Origin: Tubiluchus corallicola
Lineage: Eukaryota; Animalia; Priapulida
DNA: 64,000 nucleotides
Assembly (NCBI GenBank): GCA_030141605.1
Contig: JAQGDQ010000534.1
Location: forward strand, 62,001-126,000
Reading direction: 5' to 3'
Position 1 is the stretch's first letter; every line of letters begins with the position of its first letter. The position numbers and the translations under genes are program-made. This document shows positions 1-12,760 of the stretch, piece after piece. The notes under the pieces are model-generated. The model was not told where the DNA came from. It ran no database searches and was given only the letters and a program-made list of their open reading frames with translations.

Positions 1-109
1 TCTAATAAAAAGTTAGTAAATTACTCTATGTTTATGAAATGGTATTGTAATTTAAAATAGTTTATTAAAGTATTTATACATATATATACTTTAATATATA
101 TATATACAT

Positions 110-3100
110 TACAGGATAGCATATTTATTATGAAGACACGTACTTGCACTGGCTGAAAAAACTGGTCGTTAGCAACACAAGTTTGCCGCTATTCCATGCA
201 AAAAGCTCTTCCATTTTTATGTTTTTATAATTAAATACATGATTATGATACGTCAGCTATTTTTAACAAAACATAAAAGTGTAAACAAAGAGTGCAAAAT
301 AAAAAACTTTTTGCTTAACTTAAGCAAATTAACTCAAATAGAAATATTTGCATTCCTTACAATTGTGACAAAGTAGTGAAATATGTGTAAATAGGCCTAC
401 TTACTACAACATTGGATTTTTAGGTGACTGGCTTTTTTTTACTACACTTTCGAAATTTTGTGTCACAAAGATGATGTAACTGTATCAAACAACATTTGCA
501 ATGGATTGAATCTAGACGACTTGGTTTTCATGCCAGGATTAGGAGCAGTCTCAAATGTGGATGAATTTGAGGGCATTAGAACCAAAATAACTCAATTGTT
601 ACATGTTGTTAGCAAAATTCTTGACAAAAACAACCACATAAGACGTAAGCCCATTCTTGTTGGCAGTTCAGCTTGTGGAGCTAAGATTGGCAACCCAGAT
701 AAGATTGGCCATGCAGTTGGGTTTGATGTTTTAGTTGTGGTACAACAGCACAAAGATTTTACAGTGGAACATTTCATCAAAAACCACACGTTTGACAGTT
801 CAGCTTGTGGAGGTAAGACTGGCCATACAGTTGGGTTTGATGTTTTAGTTGTGGTACAACAGCACAAAGATTTTACAGTGGAACATTTCATCAAAAACCA
901 CACGTTTGACAGTTCAGCTTGTGGAGGTAAGACCGGCCATACAGTTGGGTTTGATGTTTTAGTTATGGTTTAACAGCACAAAGATTTTACAGTGGAACAT
1001 TTTATCAAAAACCACACCCTTGATAGATCAGCTTGTGGAGTTAAGATTGGCCATGCAGTTGGGTTTAATGCTTTTAGATGTGGTTTAACAGCACAAAGAT
1101 TTTACAGTGGAATATTTCATCAAAAACCACACGTTTGACAGATCAGCCTGTGGAGCTAAGATCGGCCATGAAGTTGGGTTAGATGTTTTAGTTGTGGTAC
1201 AGGATGACATATTTATTATGAAGACACGTACTTGCACTGCCTGAAAAATCTGGTCGTTAGCTACACAAGTTTGCAGCTATTCCATGCAAAAAGCTCTTCA
1301 ATTTTTATGTTTTTATAACTAAATACATGATTATGATACGTCAACTATTTTTAAAAATAACATAAAAGTGTAAATAAAGAGCGCAAAATAAAAAAACTTT
1401 TTGCTTAATTTAAGCAAATCAACTCAAATAGAAATATTTGCTTTCCTTACAATTGCGACAAAGTAGTGGAATACGTTTAAATAGGTCTACTTACTACAAC
1501 ATTGGATTTTCAGGTGTGGCTTTTTTACTAAACCTTCGAAATTTGTGTCACAAAGATGATTAAACTGTATCAAACAACATTTGCGATGGATTGACTCTAG
1601 AGGACTTGGTTTTCGTGCCAGGATTAGGAGCAGTCTCAAATGTGGATGAATTTCAGGGCATTAGAAATAAAATAACTCAATCGTTACATGTTGTTAGCAA
1701 AATTCTTGACAAAAACAATCACATAAGACGTAAGCCCATTCTTGTTGGCAGTTCAGCTTGTGGAGTTAAGACTGGCAACCCAGATGAATTTGATTTTTTA
1801 GTTGTAGTACAACAGGACAAAGATTTTACAGTGGAATATTTCATCAAAAACCACACGTTTCACAGAACAGCTTGTGGGGCTAAGTTTGGCCAAGCAGTTG
1901 GGTTTGATGTTTTAGTTGAAGTACAACAGCACAAAGATTTTACAGTGGAACATTTCATCAAAAACCACACGTTTAACAGTTCAGGTTGTGGAGGTAAGAC
2001 TGGCCATACAGTTTGGTTTGATGTTTTAGTTGTGGTTTAACAGCACAAAGATTTTACAGTGGAACATTTCGTCAAAACCAAACGTTTGACAGTTCAGCTT
2101 GTGGAGGTAAGACTGGCCATGCAGTTGGGTTTGATGTTTTAGTTGTGGTACAGGATGACATATTTATTATGACGACACGTACTTGCACTGGCTGAATAAA
2201 CTGGTCATTAGCTACACAAGTTGCCGCTATTCCATGCAAAAAGCTCTTCCATTTTTATGTTTTTATAACTAAATACATGATTATGATACGTCAACTATTT
2301 TTAACAATAAGATAAAACTGTAAACAAAAAGTGCAAAATAAAAAACTTTTTGCTTAATTTAAGCAAATTAACTCAAATGGAAATATTTGATTTCCTTACA
2401 ATTGCGACAAAGTAGTGGAATACGTGTAAATAGGCCTACTTACTACAACATTGGATTTTTAGGCGACTGGCTTTTTTACTAAACCTTCGACATTTCGTGT
2501 CACAAAGATAATGAAACTGTATCAAACAACATAGTGATGGATTGACTCTAGAGGACTTGGTTTTCATGCCAGGATTAGGAGCAGTCTCAAATGTGAATGA
2601 ATTTGAGGGCATTAGAACCAAAATAACTCAATTGTTACATGTTGTTAGCAAAATTCTTGACACAAACAATCACATAAGATGTAAGCCCATTCTTGTTCGC
2701 AGTTCAGCTTGTGGAGTTAAGATTGGCAACCCAGTTGGGTTTGATGTTTTAGTTGTGGTTTAACAGCACAAAACATTTTATCAAAAACCACACCCTTGAT
2801 AGATCAGCTTGTGGAGCTAAGATTGGCCATGTAGTTGGGTTTGATGTTTTAGTTGTGGTTTAACAGCACAAAGATTTTACAGTGGAATATTTCATCAAAA
2901 ACCACAAGTTTGACAGATCAGCCTGTGGAGCTAAGATCGGCCATGAAGTTGGGTTAGATGTTTCAGTTGTGGTACAGGATAACATATTTATTATGAAGAC
3001 ACATACTTGCACTGGCTGAAAAAACTGGTCGTTAGCAACACAAGTTTGCCGCTATTCCATGCAAAAAGCTCTTCCATTTTTATGTTTTTATAACTAAATA

Positions 3101-6100
3101 CATGATTATGATACGTCAGCTATTTTTAACAAAACATAAAAGTGTAAACAAAGAGTGCAAAATAAAAAACTTTTTGCTTAACTTAAGCAAATTAACTCAA
3201 ATAGAAATATTTGCATTCCTTACAATTGTGACAAAGTAGTGAAATATGTGTAAATAGGCCTACTTACTACAACATTGGATTTTTAGGTGACTGGCTTTTT
3301 TTTACTACACTTTCGAAATTTTGTGTCACAAAGATGATGTAACTGTATCAAACAACATTTGCAATGGATTGAATCTAGACGACTTGGTTTTCATGCCAGG
3401 ATTAGGAGCAGTCTCAAATGTGGATGAATTTGAGGGCATTAGAACCAAAATAACTCAATTGTTACATGTTGTTAGCAAAATTCTTGACAAAAACAACCAC
3501 ATAAGACGTAAGCCCATTCTTGTTGGCAGTTCAGCTTGTGGAGCTAAGATTGGCAACCCAGATAAGATTGGCCATGCAGTTGGGTTTGATGTTTTAGTTG
3601 TGGTACAACAGCACAAAGATTTTACAGTGGAACATTTCATCAAAAACCACACGTTTGACAGTTCAGCTTGTGGAGGTAAGACTGGCCATACAATTGGGTT
3701 TGATGTTTTAGTTGTGGTTTAACAGCACAACGATTTTACAGTGGAACATTTCATCAAAAACCACACATTTGACAGTTCAGCTTGTGGAGGTAAGACCGGC
3801 CATACAGTTGGGTTTGATGTTTTAGTTGAAGTACAACAGCACAAAGATTTTACAGTGGAACATTTCATCAAAAACCACACGTTTAACAGTTCAGGTTGTG
3901 GAGGTAAGACTGGCCATACAGTTTGGTTTGATGTTTTAGTTGTGGTTTAACAGCACAAAGATTTTACAGTGGAACATTTCGTCAAAACCAAACGTTTGAC
4001 AGTTCAGCTTGTGGAGGTAAGACTGGCCATGCAGTTGGGTTTGATGTTTTAGTTGTGGTACAGGATGACATATTTATTATGACGACACATACTTGCACTG
4101 GCTGAATAAACTGGTCATTAGCTACACAAGTTGCCGCTATTCCATGCAAAAAGCTCTTCCATTTTTATGTTTTTATAACTAAATACATGATTATGATACG
4201 TCAACTATTTTTAACAATAACATAAAACTGTAAACAAAAAGTGCAAAATAAAAAACTTTTTGCTTAATTTAAGCAAATTAACTCAAATGGAAATATTTGA
4301 TTTCCTTACAATTGCGACAAAGTAGTGGAATACGTGTAAATAGGTCTACTTACTACAACATTGGATTTTTAGGTGTGGCTTTTTTACTAAACCTTCGAAA
4401 TTTGTGTCACAAAGATGATGAAACTGTATCAAACAACATATGTGATGGATTGACTCTAGAGGACTTGGTTTTCATGCCAGGATTAGGAGCAGTCTCAAAT
4501 GTGGATGAATTTGAGGGCATTAGAACCAAAATAACTCAATTGTTACATGTTGTTAGCAAAATTCTTGACACAAACAATCACATAAGATGTAAGCCCATTC
4601 TTGTTCGCAGTTCAGCTTGTGGAGGTAAGACCGGCCATACAGTTGGGTTTGATGTTTTAGTTATGGTTTAACAGCACAAAGATTTTACAGTGGAACATTC
4701 TATCAAAAACCACACGTTTAACAGTTCAGCTTGTGGAGGTAAGATTGGCCATGTAGTTGGGTTTGATGTTTTAGTTGTGGTTTAACAGCACAAAGATTTT
4801 ACAGTGGAACATTTCATCAAAAACCACACGTTTGACAGTTCAGCTTGTGGAGGTAAGATTGGCCATGAAGTTGGGTTTGATGTTTTAGTTGTGGTACAGG
4901 ATGACATATTTATTATGAAGACACGTACTTGCACTGGCTGAATAAACTGGTCATTAGCTACACAAGTTGCCGCTATTCCATGCAAAAAGCTCTTCCATTT
5001 TTATGTTTTTATAACTAAATACATGATTATGATACGTCAACTATTTTTAACAATAACATAAAACTGTAAACAAAAAGTGCAAAATAAAAAACTTTTTGCT
5101 TAATTTAAGCAAATCAACTCAAATAGAAATATTTGCTTTCCTTACAATTGCGACAAAGTAGTGGAATACGTTTAAATAGGCCTACTTACTACAACATTGG
5201 ATTTTCAGGTGTGGCTTTTTTACTAAACCTTTGAAATTTGTGTCACAAAGATGATTAAACTGTATCAAACAACATCTGCGATGGATTAACTCTAGAGGAA
5301 TTGGTTTTCATGCCAGGATTAGGAGCAGTCTCAAATGTGGATGAATTTCAGGGCATTAGAAATAAAATAACTCAATCGTTACATGTTGTTAGCAAAATTC
5401 TTGACAAAAACAATCACATAAGACGTAAGCCCATTCTTGTTGGCAGTTCAGCTTGTGGAGTTAAGACTGGCAACCCAGATGAATTTGATTTTTTAGTTGT
5501 AGTACAACAGGACAAAGATTTTACAGTGGAATATTTCATCAAAAACCACACGTTTCACAGAACAGCTTGTGGGGCTAAGTTTGGCCATGCAGTTGGGTTT
5601 GATGTTTTAGTTGAAGTACAACAGCACAAAGATTTTACAGTGGAACATTTCATCAAAAACCACACGTTTAACAGTTCAGCTTGTGGAGCTAAGATTGGCC
5701 ATGTAGTTGGGTTTGATGTTTTAGTTGTGGTTTAACAGCACAAAGATTTTACAGTGGAATATTTCATCAAAAACCACACGTTTGACAGATCAGCTTGTGG
5801 AGCTAAGACTGGCCATGCAGTTGGGTTTGATGTTTTAGTTGTGGTACAGGATGACATATTTATTATGAAGACACGTACTTGCACTGGCTGAAAAAACTGG
5901 TCGTTAGCTACACAAGTTGCCGCTATTCCATGCAAAAAGCTCTTCCATTTTTATGTTTTTATAACTAAATACATGATTATGATACGTCAACTATTTTTAA
6001 CAATAACATAAAAGTGTAAATAAGGAGTGCAAAATAATAAAAACTTTCTGCTTAATTTAAGCAAATCAACTCAAATAGAAATATTTGCTTTCCTTACAAT

Positions 6101-9100
6101 TGCGACAAAGTAGTGGAATACGTTTAAATAGGCCTACTTACTACAACATTGGATTTTTAGGCGACTGGCTTTTTTACTAAACCTTCGACATTTCGTGTCA
6201 CAAAGATGATGAAACTGTATCAAACAACATAGTGATGGATTGACTCTAGAGGACTTGGTTTTCATGCCAGGATTAGGAGCAGTCTCAAATGTGAATGAAT
6301 TTGAGGGCATTAGAACCAAAATAACTCAATTGTTACATGTTGTTAGCAAAATTCTTGACACAAACAATCACATAAGATGTAAGCCCATTCTTGTTCGCAG
6401 TTCAGCTTGTGGAGTTAAGATTGGCAACCCAGATGAATTTGATTTTTTAGTTGTAGTACAACAGGACAAAGATTTTACAGTGGAATATTTCATCAAAAAC
6501 CACACGTTTCACAGAACAGCTTGTGGGGCTAAGTTTGGCCAAGCAGTTGGGTTTGATGTTTTAGTTGAAGTACAACAGCACAAAGATTTTACAGTGGGAT
6601 ATTTCATCAAAAACCACACGTTTGACAAATCAGCTTGTGGATCTAAGATTGGCCATGCAGTTATGTTTGATGTTTTAGTTGTGTATTAACAGCACACAGA
6701 TTTTACAGAAGAATATTTCATCAAAAACCACACGTTTGACAGATCAGTTTGTGGGCCTAAGACTGGCCATGCAGTTGGGTTTGATGTTTTAGTTGTGGCA
6801 CAGGATGACATATTTATTATGAAGACGCTTAGTTGCACTGGCTGAAAAAACTGGTCGTTAGCTACACAAGTTGTGGCTATTCCATGCAAAAAGCTCTTCC
6901 ATTTTTATGTTTTTCTAACTAAATACATGATTATCGTACGTCAACTATTTTTAACAATAACATAAAAGTGTAAATAAGGAGTGCAAAATAAAAACACTTT
7001 TTGCTTAATTTAAGCAAATCAACTCAAATAGAAATATTTGCTTTCCTTACAATTGCGACAAAGTAGTGGAATACGTTTACATAGGCCTACTTACTACAAC
7101 ATTGGATTTTTAGGCGACTGGCTTTTTTACTAAACCTTCGACATTTCGTGTCACAAAGATGATGAAACTGTATCAAACAACATAGTGATGGATTGACTCT
7201 AGAGGACTTGGTTTTCATGCCAGGATTAGGAGCAGTCTCAAATGTGAATGAATTTGAGGGCATTAGAACCAAAATAACTCAATTGTTACATGTTGTTAGC
7301 AAAATTCTTGACACAAACAATCACATAAGATGTAAGCCCATTCTTGTTCGCAGTTCAGCTTGTGGAGTTAAGATTGGCAACCCAGATGAATTTGATTTTT
7401 TAGTTGTAGTACAGCAGGACAAAGATTTTACAGTGGAATATTTCATCAAAAACCACACTTTTCACAGAACAGCTTGTGGGGCTAAGTTTGGCCATGCAGT
7501 TGGGTTTGATGTTTTAGTTGAAGTACAATAGCACAAAGATTTTACAGTGGGATATTTCAACAAAAACCACACGCTTGACAGATCAGCTTGTGGAGCTAAG
7601 ATTGGCCATGCAGTTGGGTTTGATGTTTTAGTGTTGGTACAACAGCACAAAGATTTTACAGTGGAACATTTCGTCAAAAATCACTGGTTTGACAGTTCAG
7701 CTTGTGGAGGGTAAGACCGGCCATACAGTTGAGTTTGATGTTTTAGTTGTGGTTTAACAGCACAAAGATTTTACAGTGGAAAATTTCATCAAAAACCACA
7801 CGTTTGACAGATCAGCCTGTGGAGCTAAGATCGGCCATGAAGTTGGGTTAGATGTTTTAGTTGTGGTACAGGATCACATATTTATTATGAAGACACGTAT
7901 TTGCACTGGCTGAAAAAACTGGTCGTTAGCTACACAAGTTTGCCGCTATTCCATGCAAAAAGCTCTTCCATTTTTATGATTTTCTAACTAAATACATGAT
8001 TATCGTACGTCAACTATTTTTAACAATAACATAAAAGTGTAAATAAGGAGTGCAAAATAAAAAAAACTTTTTGCTTAATTTAAGCAAATCAACTCAAATA
8101 GAAATATTTGCTTTCCTTACAATTGCGACAAAGTAGTGGAATAAGTTTAAATAGGCCTACTTATTACAACATTGGATTTTTAGGCGACTGGCTTTTTTAC
8201 TAAGCCTTCGACATTTCGTGTCACAAAGATGATGAAACTGTATCAAACAACATAGTGATGGATTGACTCTAGAGGAATTGGTTTTCATGCCAGGATTAGG
8301 AGCAGTCTCAAATGTGAATGAATTTGAGGGCATTAGAACCAAAATAACTCAATTGTTACATGTTGTTAGCAAAATTCTTGACACAAACAATCACATAAGA
8401 TGTAAGCCCATTCTTGTTCGCAGTTCAGCTTGTGGAGTTAAGATTGGCAACCCAGATGAATTTGATTTTTTAGTTGTAGTACAGCAGGACAAAGATTTTA
8501 CAGTGGAATATTTCATCAAAAACCACACGTTTCACAGAACAGCTTGTGGGGCTAAGTTTGGCCATGCAGTTGGGTTTGATGTTTTAGTTGAAGTACAATA
8601 GCACAAAGATTTTACAGTGGGATATTTCATCAAAAACCACACGCTTGACAGATCAGCTTGTGGAGCTAAGATTGGCCATGCAGTTGGGTTTGATGTTTTA
8701 GTGTTGGTACAACAGCACAAAGATTTTACAGTGGAACATTTCGTCAAAAATCACTGGTTTGACAGTTCAGCTTGTGGAGGTAAGACCGGCCATACAGTTG
8801 AGTTTGATGTTTTAGTTGTGGTTTAACAGCACAAAGACTTTACAGTGGAACATTTTATCAAAAACCACACCCTTGATAGATCAGCTTGTGGAGCTAAGAT
8901 TGGCCATGCAGTTGGGTTTGATGTTTTAGTTGTGGTTTAACAGCACAAAGATTTTACAGTGGAAAATTTCATCAAAAACCACACGTTTGACAGATCAGCC
9001 TGTGGAGCTAAGATCGGCCATGAAGTTGGGTTAGATGTTTTAGTTGTGGTACAGGATGACATATTTATTATAAAGACACGTATTTGCACTGGCTGAAAAA

Positions 9101-12100
9101 ACTGGTCGTTAGCTACACAAGTTTGTCGCTATTCCATGCAAAAAGCTCTTCCATTTTTATGATTTTCTAACTAAATACATGATTATCGTACGTCAACTAT
9201 TTTTAACAATAACATAAAAGTGTAAATAAGGAGTGCAAAATAAAAAAACTTTTTGCTTAATTTAAGCAAATCAACTCAAATAGAAATATTTGCTTTCCTT
9301 ACAATTGCGACAAAGTAGTGGAATAAGTTTAAATAGGCCTACTTACTACAACATTGGATTTTTAGGCGACTGGCTTTTTTACTAAGCCTTCGACATTTCG
9401 TGTCACAAAGATGATGAAACTGTATCAAACAACATAGTGATGGATTGACTCTAGAGGAATTGGTTTTCATGCCAGGATTAGGAGCAGTCTCAAATGTGAA
9501 TGAATTTGAGGGCATTAGAACCAAAATAACTCAATTGTTACATGTTGTTAGCAAAATTCTTGACACAAACAATCACATAAGATGTAAGCCCATTCTTGTT
9601 CGCAGTTCAGCTTGTGGAGTTAAGATTGGCAACCCAGATGAATTTGATTTTTTAGTTGTAGTACAGCAGGACAAAGATTTTACAGTGGAATATTTCATCA
9701 AAAACCACACGTTTCACAGAACAGCTTGTGGGGCTAAGTTTGGCCATGCAGTTGGGTTTGATGTTTTAGTTGAAGTACAATAGCACAAAGATTTTACAGT
9801 GGGATATTTCATCAAAAACCACACGCTTGACAGATCAGCTTGTGGAGCTAAGATTGGCCATGCAGTTGGGTTTGATGTTTTAGTGTTGGTACAACAGCAC
9901 AAAGATTTTACAGTGGAACATTTCGTCAAAAATCACTGGTTTGACAGTTCAGCTTGTGGAGGGTAAGACCGGCCATACAGTTGAGTTTGATGTTTTAGTT
10001 GTGGTTTAACAGCACAAAGACTTTACAGTGGAACATTTTATCAAAAACCACACCCTTGATAGATCAGCTTGTGGAGCTAAGATTGGCCATGCAGTTGGGT
10101 TTGATGTTTTAGTTGTGGTTTAACAGCACAAAGATTTTACAGTGGAAAATTTCATCAAAAACCACACGTTTGACAGATCAGCCTGTGGAGCTAAGATCGG
10201 CCATGAAGTTGGGTTAGATGTTTTAGTTGTGGTACAGGATGACATATTTATTATGAAGACACGTATTTGCACTGGCTGAAAAAACTGGTCGTTAGCTACA
10301 CAAGTTTGCCGCTATTCCATGCAAAAAGCTCTTCCATTTTTATGATTTTCTAACTAAATACATGATTATCGTACGTCAACTATTTTTAACAATAACATAA
10401 AAGTGTAAATAAGGAGTGCAAAATAAAAAAAACTTTTTGCTTAATTTAAGCAAATCAACTCAAATAGAAATATTTGCTTTCCTTACAATTGCGACAAAGT
10501 AGTGGAATAAGTTTAAATAGGCCTACTTACTACAACATTGGATTTTTAGGCGACTGGCTTTTTTACTAAGCCTTCGACATTTCGTGTCACAAAGATGATG
10601 AAACTGTATCAAACAACATAGTGATGGATTGACTCTAGAGGACTTGGTTTTCATGCCAGGATTAGGAGCAGTCTCAAATGTGAATGAATTTGAGGGCATT
10701 AGAACCAAAATAACTCAATTGTTACATGTTGTTAGCAAAATTCTTGACACAAACAATCACATAAGATGTAAGCCCATTCTTGTTCGCAGTTCAGCTTGTG
10801 GAGTTAAGATTGGCAACCCAGATGAATTTGATTTTTTAGTTGTAGTACAACAGGACAAAGATTTTACAGTGGAATATTTCATCAAAAACCACACGTTTCA
10901 CAGAACAGCTTGTGGGGCTAAGTTTGGCCATGCAGTTGGGTTTGATGTTTTAGTTGAAGTACAATAGCACAAAGATTTTACAGTGGGATATTTCATCAAA
11001 AACCACACGCTTGACAGATCAGCTTGTGGAGCTAAGATTGGCCATGCAGTTGGGTTTGATGTTTTAGTGTTGGTACAACAGCACAAAGATTTTACAGTGG
11101 AACATTTCGTCAAAAATCACTGGTTTGACAGTTCAGCTTGTGGAGGTAAGACCGGCCATACAGTTGAGTTTGATGTTTTAGTTGTGGTTTAACAGCACAA
11201 AGACTTTACAGTGGAACATTTTATCAAAAACCACCCCCTTGATAGATCAGCGTGTGGAGCTAAGATTGGCCATGCAGTTGGGTTTGATGTTTTAGTTGTG
11301 GTTTAACAGCACAAAGATTTTACAGTGGAAAATTTCATCAAAAACCACACGTTTGACAGATCAGCCTGTGGAGCTAAGATCGGCCATGAAGTTGGGTTAG
11401 ATGTTTTAGTTGTGGTACAGGATGACATATTTATTATGAAGACACATACTTGCACTGGCTGAAAAAACTGGTCGTTAGCTACACAAGTTTGCCGCTATTC
11501 CATGCAAAAAGCTCTTCCATTTTTATGATTTTATAACTAAATACATGATTATGATACGTCAACTATTTTTAACAATAACAAAAAAGTGTAAATAAGGAGT
11601 GCAAAATAAAAAAACTTTTTGCTTAATTTAAGCAAATCAACTCAAATAGAAATATTTGCTTTCCTTACAATTGCGACAAAGTAGTGGAATACGTTTAAAT
11701 AGGGCTACTTACTACAACATTGGATTTTCAGGTGTGGCTTTTTTACTAAACCTTCGAAATTTGTGTCACAAAGATGATTAAACTGTATCAAACAACATTT
11801 GCGATGGATTGACTCTAGAGGCTTGGTTTTCATGCCAGGATTAGGAGCAGTCTCAAATGTGGATGAATTTCAGGGCATCAGAAATAAAATAACTCAATCG
11901 TTACATGTTGTTAGCAAAATTCTTGACAAAAACAATCACATAAGACGTAAGCCCATTCTTGTTGGCAGTTCAGCTTGTGAAGTTAAGACTGGCAACCCAG
12001 ATGAATTTGATTTTTTAGTTGTAGTACAACACGACAAAGATTTTACAGTGGAATATTTCATCAAAAACCACACGTTTCACAGTTCAGCTTGTGGAGGTAA

Positions 12101-12760
12101 AACTGGCCATACAATTGGGTTTGATGTTTTAGTTGTGGTTTAACAGCACAAAGATTTAACAGTGGAACATTTCATCAAAAACCACACGTTTGACAGATCA
12201 GCCTGTGGAGCTCAGATTGGCCATGCAGTTGGGTTTGATGTTTTAGTTGTGGTACAACAGCACAAAGATTTTACAGTGGAATATTTCATCAAAAACCACA
12301 CGTTTGTCAGTTCAGGTTGTGGAGGTAAGACCCGCCATACAGTTGGGTTTGATGTTTTAGTTGTGGTTTAACAGCACAAAGATTTTACAGTGGAACATTT
12401 CATCAAAAACCACATGCTTGACAGATCAGCTTGTGCAGCTAAGATTGGCCATGCAGTTGGGTTTGATGTTTTAGTTGTGGTACAACAGCACAAAGATTTT
12501 ACAGTGGAATATTTCATCAAAAACCACACGTTTGTCAGTTCAGGTTGCGGAGGTAAGACCGGCCATACAGTTGGGTTTGATGTTTTAGTTGTGGTTTAAC
12601 AGCACAAAGATTTTACAGTGGAACATTTCATCAAAAACCACATGCTTGACAGATCAGCTTCTGCAGCTAAGATTGGCCATGCAGTTGGGTTTGATGTTTT
12701 AGTTGTGGTACAACCGCACAACGATGTTACATTGGAATATTTCATCAAAAACCACACGTT
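110..12760 (+). repeat. Higher-order tandem array of 12 units (AT-rich ~400 bp segment + cGLR/Mab-21 NTase fragment + 2-7 x 114-bp subrepeats)
   Basis: The unit start motif caggat(g)acatatttattatgaagacac recurs at about 112, 1200, 2151, 2975, 4061, 4897, 5847, 6801, 7869, 9052, 10235 and 11418. Each unit encodes LVFMPGLGAVSNVDEF...PILVGSSACG, and most continue (V)KxGNPDEFD. A 114-bp subunit containing aaaaaccacac occurs about 47 times. Confidence 0.97.
458..12599 (+). pseudogene. Repeated truncated Mab-21/cGAS-like nucleotidyltransferase fragments inside the array
   Basis: ORFs such as 1591-2040 and 6240-6689 contain GSSACGVKxGNPDEFDFLVV, matching the cGAS/Mab-21 hGS-x-G-x-K-x3-DEFD catalytic signature. 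All stop early (gtttaa/caatag) and lack the rest of the fold. Confidence 0.75.

Noticed and set aside
110-12760. CRISPR-like or diversity-generating cassette array
   Set aside because: No unique spacers; the units are whole tandem duplicates in eukaryotic DNA. No consistent splice sites suggesting mutually exclusive exons.
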